Source: Armatimonadota bacterium
GTDB lineage: Bacteria; Armatimonadota; Fimbriimonadia; Fimbriimonadales; GBS-DC
Assembly: GCA_023511915.1 (NCBI GenBank)
Contig: JAIMAN010000001.1
Coordinates: forward strand, 2,877-66,876
Length of the DNA: 64,000 nucleotides
Direction of reading: 5' to 3'
Of the stretch, positions 1 to 8,965 are shown in pieces. Position numbers and translations under genes: made by a program. The first letter of the stretch is position 1; every line of letters starts with the position of its first letter. The notes under the pieces were generated by a model. The model did no database searches, was not told the origin of the DNA, and saw only the letters and a list, made by a program, of their open reading frames with translations.

Positions 1-780
1 CACGCGCGGCATGCGACGCACCACCTCCAGCGTGAGCGGCTCGCCCCGCTCGATCGCATGCACCACCATATGCTCGGCGGCGTGCGTGCCCGCAATCGGC
101 AGCAGGCGCATCAGCAGCAGGAACACGACGAAGATAGAGCTGCGCAACACCAGCCCCATCACATCCGAGAACAGGAACCACTGCCCCGCAAACGGCGAGT
201 TGTAGTAGCTGTAGAGCGGCACGCCAAACCGCTCCTGCGCCCACCACATGCCGCCAATCACCAGCCAGTTCGCCAGCAAAAACAGCGTAAACAGCAGCGC
301 GCCTGTAAGCGCCAGTCCCAGCCCGCCTGCGCCCGCGCTCGCCACGCCGTTGGTCAGGTACACGCCCAGCGGGGTCGCCATGCCGCCAATCATGCCGATT
401 TGGGGCAGGCTGATTGGGCGCGCTGCCAGCCCTGCCAGCGTGACCACGCCCACATACCGTCCCCACGGATCCACGCCCAGCGCGGGCTGCTCGGCGTAAG
501 CGAGCGTCTCGACCGCCTCCTCCATCGGCGTGTCAATCGGCAGGCGCAGGAAGTTCTCGTCCATCCACGGGGCGACAGGCTCCAGCCAGTCCGCGCCCCG
601 CTGAATCGCCTCGCGCAGGCGCGACTCGGTCAGCACGCCGACGGGCGCGCCGTACTCGATAATCGGCAGCACGCCCGCGCCGCCCTGCGCCATCAGCTCC
701 GCCGCGCGCAGCAGGCTGTCGTCGGGGTAGGCGGGCAGCACGCGCTGCAACTTGTCCGCCACAAACAGTTTCTCGCTCAT
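1..780 (-). CDS. CBS-domain pair fused to a polytopic membrane domain with a DUF1385-like HAAEH motif; the 3' end runs off the window
   Basis: This gene is not in the ORF track because it has no stop in the window. My reverse-complement translation from the ATG at 780-778 stays open for all 260 codons. It reads MSEKLFVADKLQRVLPAYPDDSLLRAAELMAQGGAGVLPIIEYGAPVGVLTESRLREAIQRG..., followed by hydrophobic helices, then ...LLPIAGTHAAEHMVVHAIERGEPLTLEVVRRMPRV. Its start overlaps the prpB stop as ATGA at 777-780. The family names are recalled, not searched. Confidence 0.6.
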   Translation of the reverse strand, partial: MSEKLFVADKLQRVLPAYPDDSLLRAAELMAQGGAGVLPIIEYGAPVGVLTESRLREAIQRGADWLEPVAPWMDENFLRLPIDTPMEEAVETLAYAEQPALGVDPWGRYVGVVTLAGLAARPISLPQIGMIGGMATPLGVYLTNGVASAGAGGLGLALTGALLFTLFLLANWLVIGGMWWAQERFGVPLYSYYNSPFAGQWFLFSDVMGLVLRSSIFVVFLLLMRLLPIAGTHAAEHMVVHAIERGEPLTLEVVRRMPRV

Positions 781-1676
781 TCCTGCGCCAGCTGCTGGTC
801 GTACTGCAGGTAGCGGTCGTACTCCAGCAGTTCGTACAGCTCCGCGCGGGTCTGCATCGCGTCGAGCATCGGCGTCTGCGTGCCGTGCTGCTTGAGGCAC
901 AGCAGCGTCTGCTCCGCCGCTTTCATCATCGCGCGGAAGCAACTCATCGGGAAGATGACCATCTTGTAGCCCAGTTGGGCGAACTCGCTGACGGTCAGGT
1001 ACGGCGTCTTGCCAAACTCGGTCATGTTTGCCAGTAGGGGGGCGGGCACAGCACGGGCGAACTGCTCGAACTCGTCGGGCGACTGCAGCGCTTCGGGGAA
1101 AATCGCGTCCGCGCCCGCTTGCAGGTAGCGTTTGGCGCGTTCGATCGCCCCGTCCAGCCCCTCGATCGCGCGAGCGTCCGTGCGGGCAATAATCACGAAG
1201 TTCGGGTTGCTGCGTGCGCCGACCGCCGCCTTGAGTTTGGCGACCATCTCGTGGGTGGGGATGACCTCCTTGCCTTCCAAGTGCCCGCAGCGTTTGGGGC
1301 TGACTTGGTCTTCAAGGTGGATGCCTGCCAGCCCTGCGCGTTCGAGCATCTGCACGGCGCGGGCAGTCTGCAGCGCGCTGCCGTAGCCTGTGTCGGCGTC
1401 GGCAATCGCGGGGATGCTCACCGCCGCCGTGATGTAGGTACACACCTGCGCCATTTCGGGCAGGCTGATGAACGCATGGTCGGGCAACCCCAGCAGGCTG
1501 TTGGTCACCCCCGCGCCTGAGATGTAGAGCGCCTCGTAGCCGTGAAACTGCGCCAGCCGCGCGAGCGCAGCGTTGAACACGCCTGGCATCGCCACGATGT
1601 TGCGTTGCTCCCAGAGCAACCGCAATCGCGCGCCAGGGTCGGTCAACCGCTCCGCGCCGTGCAGGGGGAAGTTCAT
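777..1676 (-). CDS. prpB: 2-methylisocitrate lyase (PEP mutase / isocitrate lyase superfamily)
   Basis: The 299 aa product shows ...IADADTGYG...HLEDQVSPKRCGHLEGKEV...IIARTDA...FPEAL...ANMTEFGKTP... and QTRAELYELLEY. Together these match the PrpB pattern, including the KRCGH motif. Confidence 0.8.
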   Translation of the reverse strand: MNFPLHGAERLTDPGARLRLLWEQRNIVAMPGVFNAALARLAQFHGYEALYISGAGVTNSLLGLPDHAFISLPEMAQVCTYITAAVSIPAIADADTGYGSALQTARAVQMLERAGLAGIHLEDQVSPKRCGHLEGKEVIPTHEMVAKLKAAVGARSNPNFVIIARTDARAIEGLDGAIERAKRYLQAGADAIFPEALQSPDEFEQFARAVPAPLLANMTEFGKTPYLTVSEFAQLGYKMVIFPMSCFRAMMKAAEQTLLCLKQHGTQTPMLDAMQTRAELYELLEYDRYLQYDQQLAQE

Positions 1677-2962
1677 TCGCCGCGTTGCCCCAGCATCAGG
1701 ATGTCCGCGCGGGTGAGCGTAATCACCTTGCGCACGCGATAGTAGGTCGTCTCGCGCGTCGGGTTCGCCAGCTCGCGTCGAAGCGCGTCGGAGACCTTCG
1801 CGTATTCGGGCACGCTAATCGGCGAGGGCTTCTCGCGCGCCAGCTCCAGGTAGCGGGCGTCGTACATCCCGACCCCGTCCGAGCCGATACGCGCCTGAAT
1901 GTTCGGCGAGGCATAGCGCGGCTCGAAGATGAACTCCACCTCGTACTCCTCCGCCTTGAACGGGTACATCTTCGGGTCTTTGCTCATGTCGATTTCGCGG
2001 CGGAACTTCTCCTCGCGCACCGCCAGCGAGTCCTGCATATAGGTCAGCTTCGAGTCCACCTCGAAGGTGAAGGTCTTCAGCGCGCTGGGACTGTATTGCA
2101 GGGTTCTGCCCTTGTCGCGCAGGATGACCGTCACGCGCGCGCCAATCGTCGGGATGCCGAGTTTACCCTCCACCAGCAGCACGCGCGGGCGCACGACCTT
2201 CACCGTCGCGTCGAAGCCCAAGTCAATCGGGGGCTGCGTCTCTGGGTTCGGTCCGTAGCGGCGCAGCAGGTCTAAAATCGTGTCTTCCAGGTTGTTCTGG
2301 CGCACATCGTAGGTGTTGTTCGCCTCCCAGTCCTTGCCACGGTCTTTTTCAGCGTCCAAAAACAGCTTCGCCCAGTGATCCACAGCGTCGTTGAAGCGCC
2401 CCGCCTTGAAAAACGAGTGCGCCAGCATGTGGCGGCGGGCGGGAATCATGTCAGGGTACTCATTCGCGATTTGCATCCACGGCACGGCGTTCACAGGGTC
2501 TTGAATCTTGTGATAATACATCCAGCCCATCTCGAAGTAGAGATCCCACACCGTCGGGTTGTTCTGGATGCCCTCTTCGAGGAACTTGAGCGCCATCGGG
2601 ATGTAGCGTCGGTCGGAGCGTTGCGACTCGTCGGTGAAGTTGTAGCCCATGTGCCACGCGCCTGTGGAGTAGACATCGAGGTTGTGCGGATCCAGCCATG
2701 TCACCAGGCGCAGCATGGGCAGCACGGCGTCGTAGTTGCCCGAGTCGAAGAACCCGTCGGCGCGCACCCACAGGATCGCCGCCATGAACTCGCGGAACCC
2801 CGCGACCGCCACCAGCAGCTGTTCGGGCGCTAAGCCGACGGGCGTCGCTTGCTTGGGCGCGTAGTTGCGTACCCACAGCGGGAAGATGCGCATCTGCAAC
2901 CCCGCCTGAATCAACAACAGCACCACAATCGCAATCCATAACTTGCTATAATTGCGCTTCAT
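1673..2962 (-). CDS. hypothetical N-terminally membrane-anchored protein (helical-repeat N-half, beta-rich C-half)
   Basis: I trimmed the track ORF 1673..3082 to the internal MKRNYSKLWIAIVVLLLIQAGL (basic n-region plus a TM helix). The discarded upstream extension is Ala/Pro/Arg-rich junk. The stop overlaps the prpB start as ATGA at 1673-1676. I do not recognise a family. Confidence 0.6.
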   Translation of the reverse strand: MKRNYSKLWIAIVVLLLIQAGLQMRIFPLWVRNYAPKQATPVGLAPEQLLVAVAGFREFMAAILWVRADGFFDSGNYDAVLPMLRLVTWLDPHNLDVYSTGAWHMGYNFTDESQRSDRRYIPMALKFLEEGIQNNPTVWDLYFEMGWMYYHKIQDPVNAVPWMQIANEYPDMIPARRHMLAHSFFKAGRFNDAVDHWAKLFLDAEKDRGKDWEANNTYDVRQNNLEDTILDLLRRYGPNPETQPPIDLGFDATVKVVRPRVLLVEGKLGIPTIGARVTVILRDKGRTLQYSPSALKTFTFEVDSKLTYMQDSLAVREEKFRREIDMSKDPKMYPFKAEEYEVEFIFEPRYASPNIQARIGSDGVGMYDARYLELAREKPSPISVPEYAKVSDALRRELANPTRETTYYRVRKVITLTRADILMLGQRGE

Positions 2963-3137
2963 CGTCGTTGCCTCCAGTCTCGTCGATTTCGATACCGCGT
3001 TCCGCGAGGCGAGCGAGCGGCCGTTGCAGGCGCGCCTCGGCGCGCTCGGCGCGTTGGCGTTCGGCTTCGACGCGTTCGGCATCGGCGCGCTGTGGGGACT
3101 TCGCCTTGCGCTTGGGCGCAGTTGCCGTCTTAGCCAT
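2946..3137 (-). CDS. possible small highly charged protein (63 aa, Lys/Arg/Glu/Ala-rich)
   Basis: This ORF fills the otherwise empty roughly 180 nt between the permease stop (3144) and the next start (2962). Its ATG lies 6 nt after the permease stop, with GGGAGA about 12 nt upstream. The sequence is MAKTATAPKRKAKSPQRADAERVEAERQRAERAEARL.... It could be a chance ORF in high-GC DNA. Confidence 0.3.
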   Translation of the reverse strand: MAKTATAPKRKAKSPQRADAERVEAERQRAERAEARLQRPLARLAERGIEIDETGGNDDEAQL

Positions 3138-3143
3138 CGCGTC

Positions 3144-3926
3144 TCACATCTCCCGCTGGTTGAAAATCAGCATGCTCGCGACCAGCAGCAACGCGATGTA
3201 GACAATCGCGTACCCAATTGTCTGCACCAGATACGCCGTCTCGTCGGTCAGCATCTGCTCAGGGTTGATAATCGGATTCTGCACATTGAAGTTAGCGAAG
3301 TTGGGCAGGATGACCGTGAGCAGCTGCACAGGGATACGGGTAATCGGCGTGACTTCGGGGTTGCGCTGGATGGTCTCCAAAAAGCTGCTGAGCAGGTTGC
3401 CCATCAGGAACACGCCGCCCGACAGGAAGTAGTTCACCAGCGGCGAGACGAAAGTGGAGAAAAACAGCACGACCGCCGCCAGCAGCGAACTCTGGAAGAA
3501 GAACATCAGCAGCCCGCGTAGGATTTGCGGGTCGAACCCGCCCAGCGCCATCCGCGAGGCAATCAGGAACACGATGCCCATCATCAGGTACATAAAGCCG
3601 AGCGTGCCCACCGCGCCGAAAAACTTGCCCAGCACGAACTGATAGCGTTGCACGGGCTTGGACAGAATCGTGTAGATGGTGCGCCGCTCAATCTCGGTGG
3701 GAATCATGCTCGTACACATGATGATGGCGATGAAAGTGCCCGCGAGCTGAATCACGCCGAAGCCGAAGCTAATGATCAGCGTGCGTGCGCCGCGCCCCGC
3801 CGCGAACGGCTCGAACGCAGGGCTAATCAAAATAATCAGCAGCGCAACCAGCAGAATCACCATCAGGATGCGCTTGCGCACCGCCTCGCCGAAGGTCGCT
3901 CCAGCAATTGCGAAGGTCGCGTTCAT
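3144..3926 (-). CDS. ABC-2 type transporter permease
   Basis: The 260 aa product has about six hydrophobic segments. Its start overlaps the stop of the upstream ABC ATPase as ATGA, which is the typical ABC-2/NosY-like layout. Confidence 0.75.
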   Translation of the reverse strand: MNATFAIAGATFGEAVRKRILMVILLVALLIILISPAFEPFAAGRGARTLIISFGFGVIQLAGTFIAIIMCTSMIPTEIERRTIYTILSKPVQRYQFVLGKFFGAVGTLGFMYLMMGIVFLIASRMALGGFDPQILRGLLMFFFQSSLLAAVVLFFSTFVSPLVNYFLSGGVFLMGNLLSSFLETIQRNPEVTPITRIPVQLLTVILPNFANFNVQNPIINPEQMLTDETAYLVQTIGYAIVYIALLLVASMLIFNQREM

Positions 3927-4855
3927 GCGTTTTTGCCTCCTTGAATGGTCTCCACGAACAGGTCTTCGAGGGTGCGTCGGTAGGGCTTGACGCTGATGAT
4001 ATGCCCGCCTGCCGCACGCACGATGTCAATGACGCGATCCACGGTGCCGTTGTCGGGCTGCTCGACAATCAGCCTGCCGTCGTGCAGGCTGACCTTGCCG
4101 CCCAGCTGACGAATCGGCTCCACGGCGTTGTCGGGCACCTTGTCGGCGATGACCTCCACATGCCCGCCTGCCAGCAGCTCCTCGATGCGTCCCAGCTGCA
4201 CCATCACGCCGCGATTGAGAATCGCCACGCGGTCGCACACGCGCTCGACATCCGAAAGCTGGTGCGAGCTGATAAACAGCGTCTTGCCTTGATTGCGCAG
4301 GTCTAAAATCATATCGCGGATATCGATGTGCGCGATGGGGTCTAACCCAGCGGTTGGCTCGTCCAGAATCAGCAGTTGCGGGTCGTTGATGAGGCACTGC
4401 GCCAGTCCGATGCGCTGCTGCATCCCTTTCGAGTAGGTGCGCAGGGGCTGGTCTGCCGCGCGGGACAGCCCGACGCGATCGAGCAACTCGTTCACGCGCT
4501 TGCTGCGCTCTGGCTCCGCGATCCCGAACAGCTTGGCGTAGAAGGTGAGGATTTCGCGCCCGGTCATGTAGTCATAAAAGTAGGGGTTTTCGGGCAGGTA
4601 GCTGATTTTGTAGTGGTTTTTGGGGTCGCCCGCAGGCTGCCCCAGCACATACGCTTCGCCCTCGGTTGGGTAGATAATCCCCAGCAGCACCTTGATCGTG
4701 GTGGTCTTCCCTGCGCCGTTGGGACCCAAAAAGCCGAAAATCTCGCCGCGATGCACCTCCAAGTTGAGGTTCTTCACGGCGTCCACTGGCTGTTTGCTCC
4801 ACAGTCCCGAATAGCGCTTGGTCAAGTTGACCGTTTTGATGGCTATCTCGCTCAT
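3923..4855 (-). CDS. ABC transporter ATP-binding protein (ABC-2 subfamily)
   Basis: The translation contains Walker A GPNGAGKTT, signature YSKGMQQR and Walker B LLILDEPTAGLD. AGGAGG lies 5 nt upstream of the ATG. Confidence 0.9.
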   Translation of the reverse strand: MSEIAIKTVNLTKRYSGLWSKQPVDAVKNLNLEVHRGEIFGFLGPNGAGKTTTIKVLLGIIYPTEGEAYVLGQPAGDPKNHYKISYLPENPYFYDYMTGREILTFYAKLFGIAEPERSKRVNELLDRVGLSRAADQPLRTYSKGMQQRIGLAQCLINDPQLLILDEPTAGLDPIAHIDIRDMILDLRNQGKTLFISSHQLSDVERVCDRVAILNRGVMVQLGRIEELLAGGHVEVIADKVPDNAVEPIRQLGGKVSLHDGRLIVEQPDNGTVDRVIDIVRAAGGHIISVKPYRRTLEDLFVETIQGGKNA

Positions 4856-4887
4856 TACCGCCTCCTATAACGACGATTACGAGAGAG

Positions 4888-4893
4888 ATTATA
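4888..4893 (-). promoter_or_regulatory. candidate -10 box (GGG-TATAAT) for the ABC/prpB operon
   Basis: The minus strand reads tcgggTATAATctctctcgtaatcgtcgttatAGGAGGcggtaATG, and this is the only AT-rich hexamer upstream of the 4855 start. No clear -35 is present. Confidence 0.35.
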
Positions 4894-4965
4894 CCCGACC
4901 CCAATTGCTGTGCGCTCCTCATTTGGCGGTGGGGTGGGTGAATGAGGGGACATTGTTGGGGTTGT

Positions 4966-5140
4966 TGTCGGCAGGGGGCACGGGCGTTTTGTTGCCCTCA
5001 TCCGCAGCCCCTCTCCTGCGCAGCGGGAGAGGGGAGCCGCGCTTTGGAGTGCTGAAGCGTTAGCTTCAGCAGGGCGGAAGCTTCGCTTCCGCACTCCACA
5101 AAGCCAACATCCCCCTCGCCCGCGCGTGGACGAGGGGGAC
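4966..5140. repeat. cluster of G/C-rich hairpin repeat modules (CCCCTCTCC hairpin at 5008-5034, family-A unit at 5046-5097, TCCCCCTCG hairpin near 5110-5140)
   Basis: The stems are read directly: cccctctcc/ggagagggg and tccccctcg/cgaggggga. The same modules recur at 47491-47620 and 57966-58372. Confidence 0.8.
5046..5097 (-). repeat. family-A palindromic repeat (three-way-junction fold), copy 1, inverted orientation
   Basis: The reverse complement reads GGAGTGCGGAAGCGAAGCTTCCGCCCTGCTGAAGCTAACGCTTCAGCACTCC. The stems are identical to the copies at 47543 and 58253. Confidence 0.85.
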
Positions 5141-5211
5141 ATCGGGAGCAGGAACCTCACCAACGCCGCGCCAGACCGTTCCCCTTAGGAAGGCTGGACG
5201 CGGGTCGGTCG

Positions 5212-6102
5212 TCAATCCCACTCCTCACAGAAGTTCGGGCGCGGGTAGCACATTAGCAGCATGCGGTTCGGGTTGCCCTCTTTGGGGCGGCTGGGCCAGC
5301 CGAAAAAGCTCTGTCGCTCGTGGTAGACGCCGCCCTGAATGAACCAGCGCGGCATCAGACGCCGATCGACAGTCGTCGGGCGCGCGGTGTAGTGCGCGAC
5401 ATCGCCCATGCGCCGCGCGTCAGGATCCAAGCGTGCATGGAACGCCCGTACATGCCCATCCACGAAACTCGCCTGACCCTTGCCCCGATAGCGCGACTCC
5501 TGCCCCGCAACCACGCGGTCGGGCACGCGCGCGGCTAAGCCATGGCGCGGGTCTACCCCGCTGACGGGCTCGAACCCCGCGCCTGAGCCGTCCGCGCCCA
5601 GCCAACCATCGAACCAGAAGCCCGTGGAGGCGGGGAACGGCAGCCGCGCCAGGCTCACAGGCGGCACGGTCGGGTAGCTCGCCGCGTTCACGGTCAAGCA
5701 CCAGTTGGGCATCAGCGACACTTGCGTCGGTTCATCGGCACAGAGCGGGCAACCGACGCCCCGCACCGTGCGCATCGCAGTCAGGTCAATCGGCTGCGGG
5801 TCGGCAGGGCACAGCGCAACGCGATAGTCGCGCAGGTAGGGCTGCAACACGCCCCACACCGTTCGTAAGCATGTCCCATTCGCGCTCGCCGCGCGGTAGA
5901 ACGCCAACGGGAAACACTCATCGTAGTCCTGCGTGTAAAGCAAGGTCGCCTTGCTGAGTTGACGCAGGTTCGAAGCGCACACGCTCGCGGCGCTGGCTTG
6001 ACGCGCCGTCGTGAACACGGGAAACAGCAACGCCGCCAGCACGGCGATGATCGCAATCACCACCAGCAGTTCCACCAGTGTCAAGCCACTCTGTCGATTC
6101 AT
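5212..6102 (-). CDS. prepilin-type N-terminal cleavage/methylation domain protein, DUF1559-like
   Basis: The N-terminus MNRQSG/LTLVELLVVIAIIAVLAALLFPVF is a type IV pilin-like leader plus hydrophobic helix. FVDGHV occurs near the C-terminus. I chose the ATG at 6102 because GGGGG sits 7 nt upstream; the track start at 6120 is a GTG. Confidence 0.75.
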   Translation of the reverse strand: MNRQSGLTLVELLVVIAIIAVLAALLFPVFTTARQASAASVCASNLRQLSKATLLYTQDYDECFPLAFYRAASANGTCLRTVWGVLQPYLRDYRVALCPADPQPIDLTAMRTVRGVGCPLCADEPTQVSLMPNWCLTVNAASYPTVPPVSLARLPFPASTGFWFDGWLGADGSGAGFEPVSGVDPRHGLAARVPDRVVAGQESRYRGKGQASFVDGHVRAFHARLDPDARRMGDVAHYTARPTTVDRRLMPRWFIQGGVYHERQSFFGWPSRPKEGNPNRMLLMCYPRPNFCEEWD

Positions 6103-6220
6103 AGACATACCCCCAAGCACCGTGCGCCGAGGCGCACGCGAATCAATGGGAATCAGTGAAGGTCTTTCGCAAGGAGCAAAAGCAACCTGTGGAGATTATC
6201 GGCGGGCGGGCGCGGGAACT

Positions 6221-8923
6221 TTAGACGCCTTCCCGCGCCAGTTTCGGATGGCGCAGCCATTTGTGCGCTTCCACCACGACCACCACGCTCAGCGCCGCCA
6301 GCGCACTGCGCACCCATGCCTCCAGCTCGATTGGCTCCACGCGCAGCACGAACTGTGTCAGCGGTAAATAGAGCGCGAGCGCGTGTACCGCCGTCGCCGC
6401 TATCGCCGCAATCAGCAGAAACGGGTTGCGCAGCGGGCTTAGCAAAAACGCCGAGCGGAACTCCGAGCGCGCGTTGCCCACATGGAAGTTCTGGAACAGC
6501 ACGACGGTCGTCAGGGCGATTGTCTGTGCGCGGGTCAGCGAGCCTGTGGTCGTGTATTCGTAGTGGAACAGCCACAGCGTCAAGACCGCAATCAGCAGCC
6601 CCACAATCGCCGTGCGCTCCCACAGCAACGGGGAGATAATCCCCTCATCGCGCGGGCGCGGCTTCTGGCGCATAATCCGCTTATCGCCAGGCTCGAACGC
6701 CATCGCGATATCCTGCAGACCGTTGGTGACCAAGTTCAGCCACAGCAGCTGCGCGGGCAACATCGGCATCGGCATCCCCAGCAGCACGGCGAACAGGAAC
6801 ATCAGGACGGAACCCGCGCCTGTGGAGATGAGAAAGAAGGTCGCGTTGCGCAGGTTTTTGAAGGCGACGCGCCCTTCCTCGACCGCGTTGCGGATGCTGA
6901 CGAAGTTGTCGTCTGCCAGCACGATGTCGGCAGCTTCGCGGGCGACATCTGTGCCGCTTTTGCCCATCGCGACGCCGACATCGGCGGCTTTGAGCGCGGG
7001 CGCGTCGTTCACCCCGTCGCCCGTGACGGCGACCGTCTCGCCGTTGGCTTGCAACGCGCGCACCACGCGCAACTTGTGTTCGGGCGAAACCCGCGCGAAG
7101 ACATTCACCGTGCGCACGCGCTCGCGCAATTCCTCGTCGGAGAGGCGCTCCATTTCCGCGCCTGTGATGACCTCCGCGTCGGGCGGGGCGATATGCAGTT
7201 GGGCAGCGATCGCGCGCGCCGTCGCCGCGTGGTCGCCCGTGATCATCAGCACGCGGATGCCCGCCTGGTGGCACTCTTGTATCGCCTCCAGCACGCCCGC
7301 GCGGGGCGGATCCACCATCCCGACCAGCCCGATGAAGACCAGCGCGCTGGGTTGGGGCACACCCGCGCGTGTGTCAATCGGCTCGTCGCAGCGTCGGTAC
7401 GCCAGCCCCAGCACGCGCAAGCCCCGCTGCGCCATATCTGCCGCGTGCGCCATTATCGTCCTCTGCGCGTCGGCGTCCAACGGCAGCTCGCCGTCGGGGG
7501 TCAGCCAGCGCGTCGCCATGCCCATCACCCGCTCTGGCGCGCCCTTGACGAACATCCAGTGTTCGTCGCCCCGCGCACGGATGCTGGCGGAGTATTGCAG
7601 CTCAGGCTCAAACGGGATTTCGCCTACCACAGGGTGCTGCGCGCGCCACTCGTCGTGGTCGAAGCCTGCCTTGAGTGCGGCAATCAGCAGCGCGGCTTCC
7701 GTCGGGTCGCCGTGAATCTCGTATTCGTCCTCGCCGATGCGCCGCACATGCGCCTCGTTGGTCAGCACGGAAGTCAGTAGCGCCAGCACGAACGGGTGCT
7801 GGTCATCGTAGGGGATTGCGCCGCGCTCCAGTGCGTGTACGCGATACCACTCGCCCGCCGTCCAGTATTCCTGCACGGTCATGCGGTTCTCGGTGAGCGT
7901 GCCCGTTTTGTCGGAGCCGATGACGGTCGTGCTGCCGAGCGTTTCGACGGCGTGCAGGCGGCGCACCAGCGCGTTGCGTTTCGCCATCGCGCTCACGCGC
8001 AGCGCAAGCGTAATCGTCAGCACAATCGGCAGCCCTTCGGGCACCGCGGCGACCGCCACGCCGACCACCACCTTGAACATGTCCACGACGCTGTTGCCGA
8101 CCGCCAGCCCCAGCGCGAAAATCACCGCACAGCTGACGCCGATGACCATGCCGACGGTGTGCGCGAAGCGGCGCATGCGCGCCTGCAGGGGCGTCTCGTC
8201 CACGCGCTGCTCGCGCATGCTGCCCGCGATTTTGCCCAGCTCGGTGTGCGCGCCTGTGGCGACCACATAGCCCCGCCCGCGCCCTGACGCGACAATCGTG
8301 CCCGAAAAGACCATGTTCGCCCGATCGCCCAGCGGCGCGTCTTCGGGAATCGGCGCGACCTGCTTGTAGACCGCCACCGACTCGCCTGTGAGCATCGATT
8401 CGTCCACCTGCAGCGCAGTCGCCTGAAAGAGCCGAATGTCGGCAGGCACGCGCGCACCCGATTCCAGCAGCACCACATCGCCAGGCACTAACGCGCGGCT
8501 TTCGATGTCGTGTTCCGCGCCGTCGCGAATGACCCGCGCGTGGGGGGCAGTGAGTTGCATCAGCGCGCGCACCGACTTCTCGGCGCGGTACTCTTGGATG
8601 AAGCCAATCGTCGCGTTCAGCACCAGCACCGCCGCGATGACCGCCGCGTCGATATACTCGCCCAGCAGCAAGGTGACCACTGCCGCCGCGAGCAGGATGT
8701 AGATCAGCGGGCTGGCGAACTGGTGCAGGATCAGCGCGGGGATGCTGATGGGCTTGATGGCTTCGATTTCGTTGGCGCCGAACTGCTGCAGGCGTCGGCG
8801 CGCCTCCTCGACGCTGAGACCGTTGGGGCTGGTTCCCAGCCGCTGCGCAACCGCCTCTGCAGGCATCGCATGGGGGGCAAACTCGCGCAGCGTCTCTGGG
8901 GTTTCAATCGTCGGGTTCGGCAT
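6221..8923 (-). CDS. cation-transporting P-type ATPase (type II, Ca2+/Mg2+-like)
   Basis: The 900 aa product contains TGES, PEGLP, DKTGTLT, TGD and TGDGVNDAPALK. GGGAGGA lies upstream of the ATG. Confidence 0.9.
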   Translation of the reverse strand: MPNPTIETPETLREFAPHAMPAEAVAQRLGTSPNGLSVEEARRRLQQFGANEIEAIKPISIPALILHQFASPLIYILLAAAVVTLLLGEYIDAAVIAAVLVLNATIGFIQEYRAEKSVRALMQLTAPHARVIRDGAEHDIESRALVPGDVVLLESGARVPADIRLFQATALQVDESMLTGESVAVYKQVAPIPEDAPLGDRANMVFSGTIVASGRGRGYVVATGAHTELGKIAGSMREQRVDETPLQARMRRFAHTVGMVIGVSCAVIFALGLAVGNSVVDMFKVVVGVAVAAVPEGLPIVLTITLALRVSAMAKRNALVRRLHAVETLGSTTVIGSDKTGTLTENRMTVQEYWTAGEWYRVHALERGAIPYDDQHPFVLALLTSVLTNEAHVRRIGEDEYEIHGDPTEAALLIAALKAGFDHDEWRAQHPVVGEIPFEPELQYSASIRARGDEHWMFVKGAPERVMGMATRWLTPDGELPLDADAQRTIMAHAADMAQRGLRVLGLAYRRCDEPIDTRAGVPQPSALVFIGLVGMVDPPRAGVLEAIQECHQAGIRVLMITGDHAATARAIAAQLHIAPPDAEVITGAEMERLSDEELRERVRTVNVFARVSPEHKLRVVRALQANGETVAVTGDGVNDAPALKAADVGVAMGKSGTDVAREAADIVLADDNFVSIRNAVEEGRVAFKNLRNATFFLISTGAGSVLMFLFAVLLGMPMPMLPAQLLWLNLVTNGLQDIAMAFEPGDKRIMRQKPRPRDEGIISPLLWERTAIVGLLIAVLTLWLFHYEYTTTGSLTRAQTIALTTVVLFQNFHVGNARSEFRSAFLLSPLRNPFLLIAAIAATAVHALALYLPLTQFVLRVEPIELEAWVRSALAALSVVVVVEAHKWLRHPKLAREGV

Positions 8924-8965
8924 CGCGGGTTCCTCCCGCAGGGAGTATACCCTGTGGGAGGTCGC

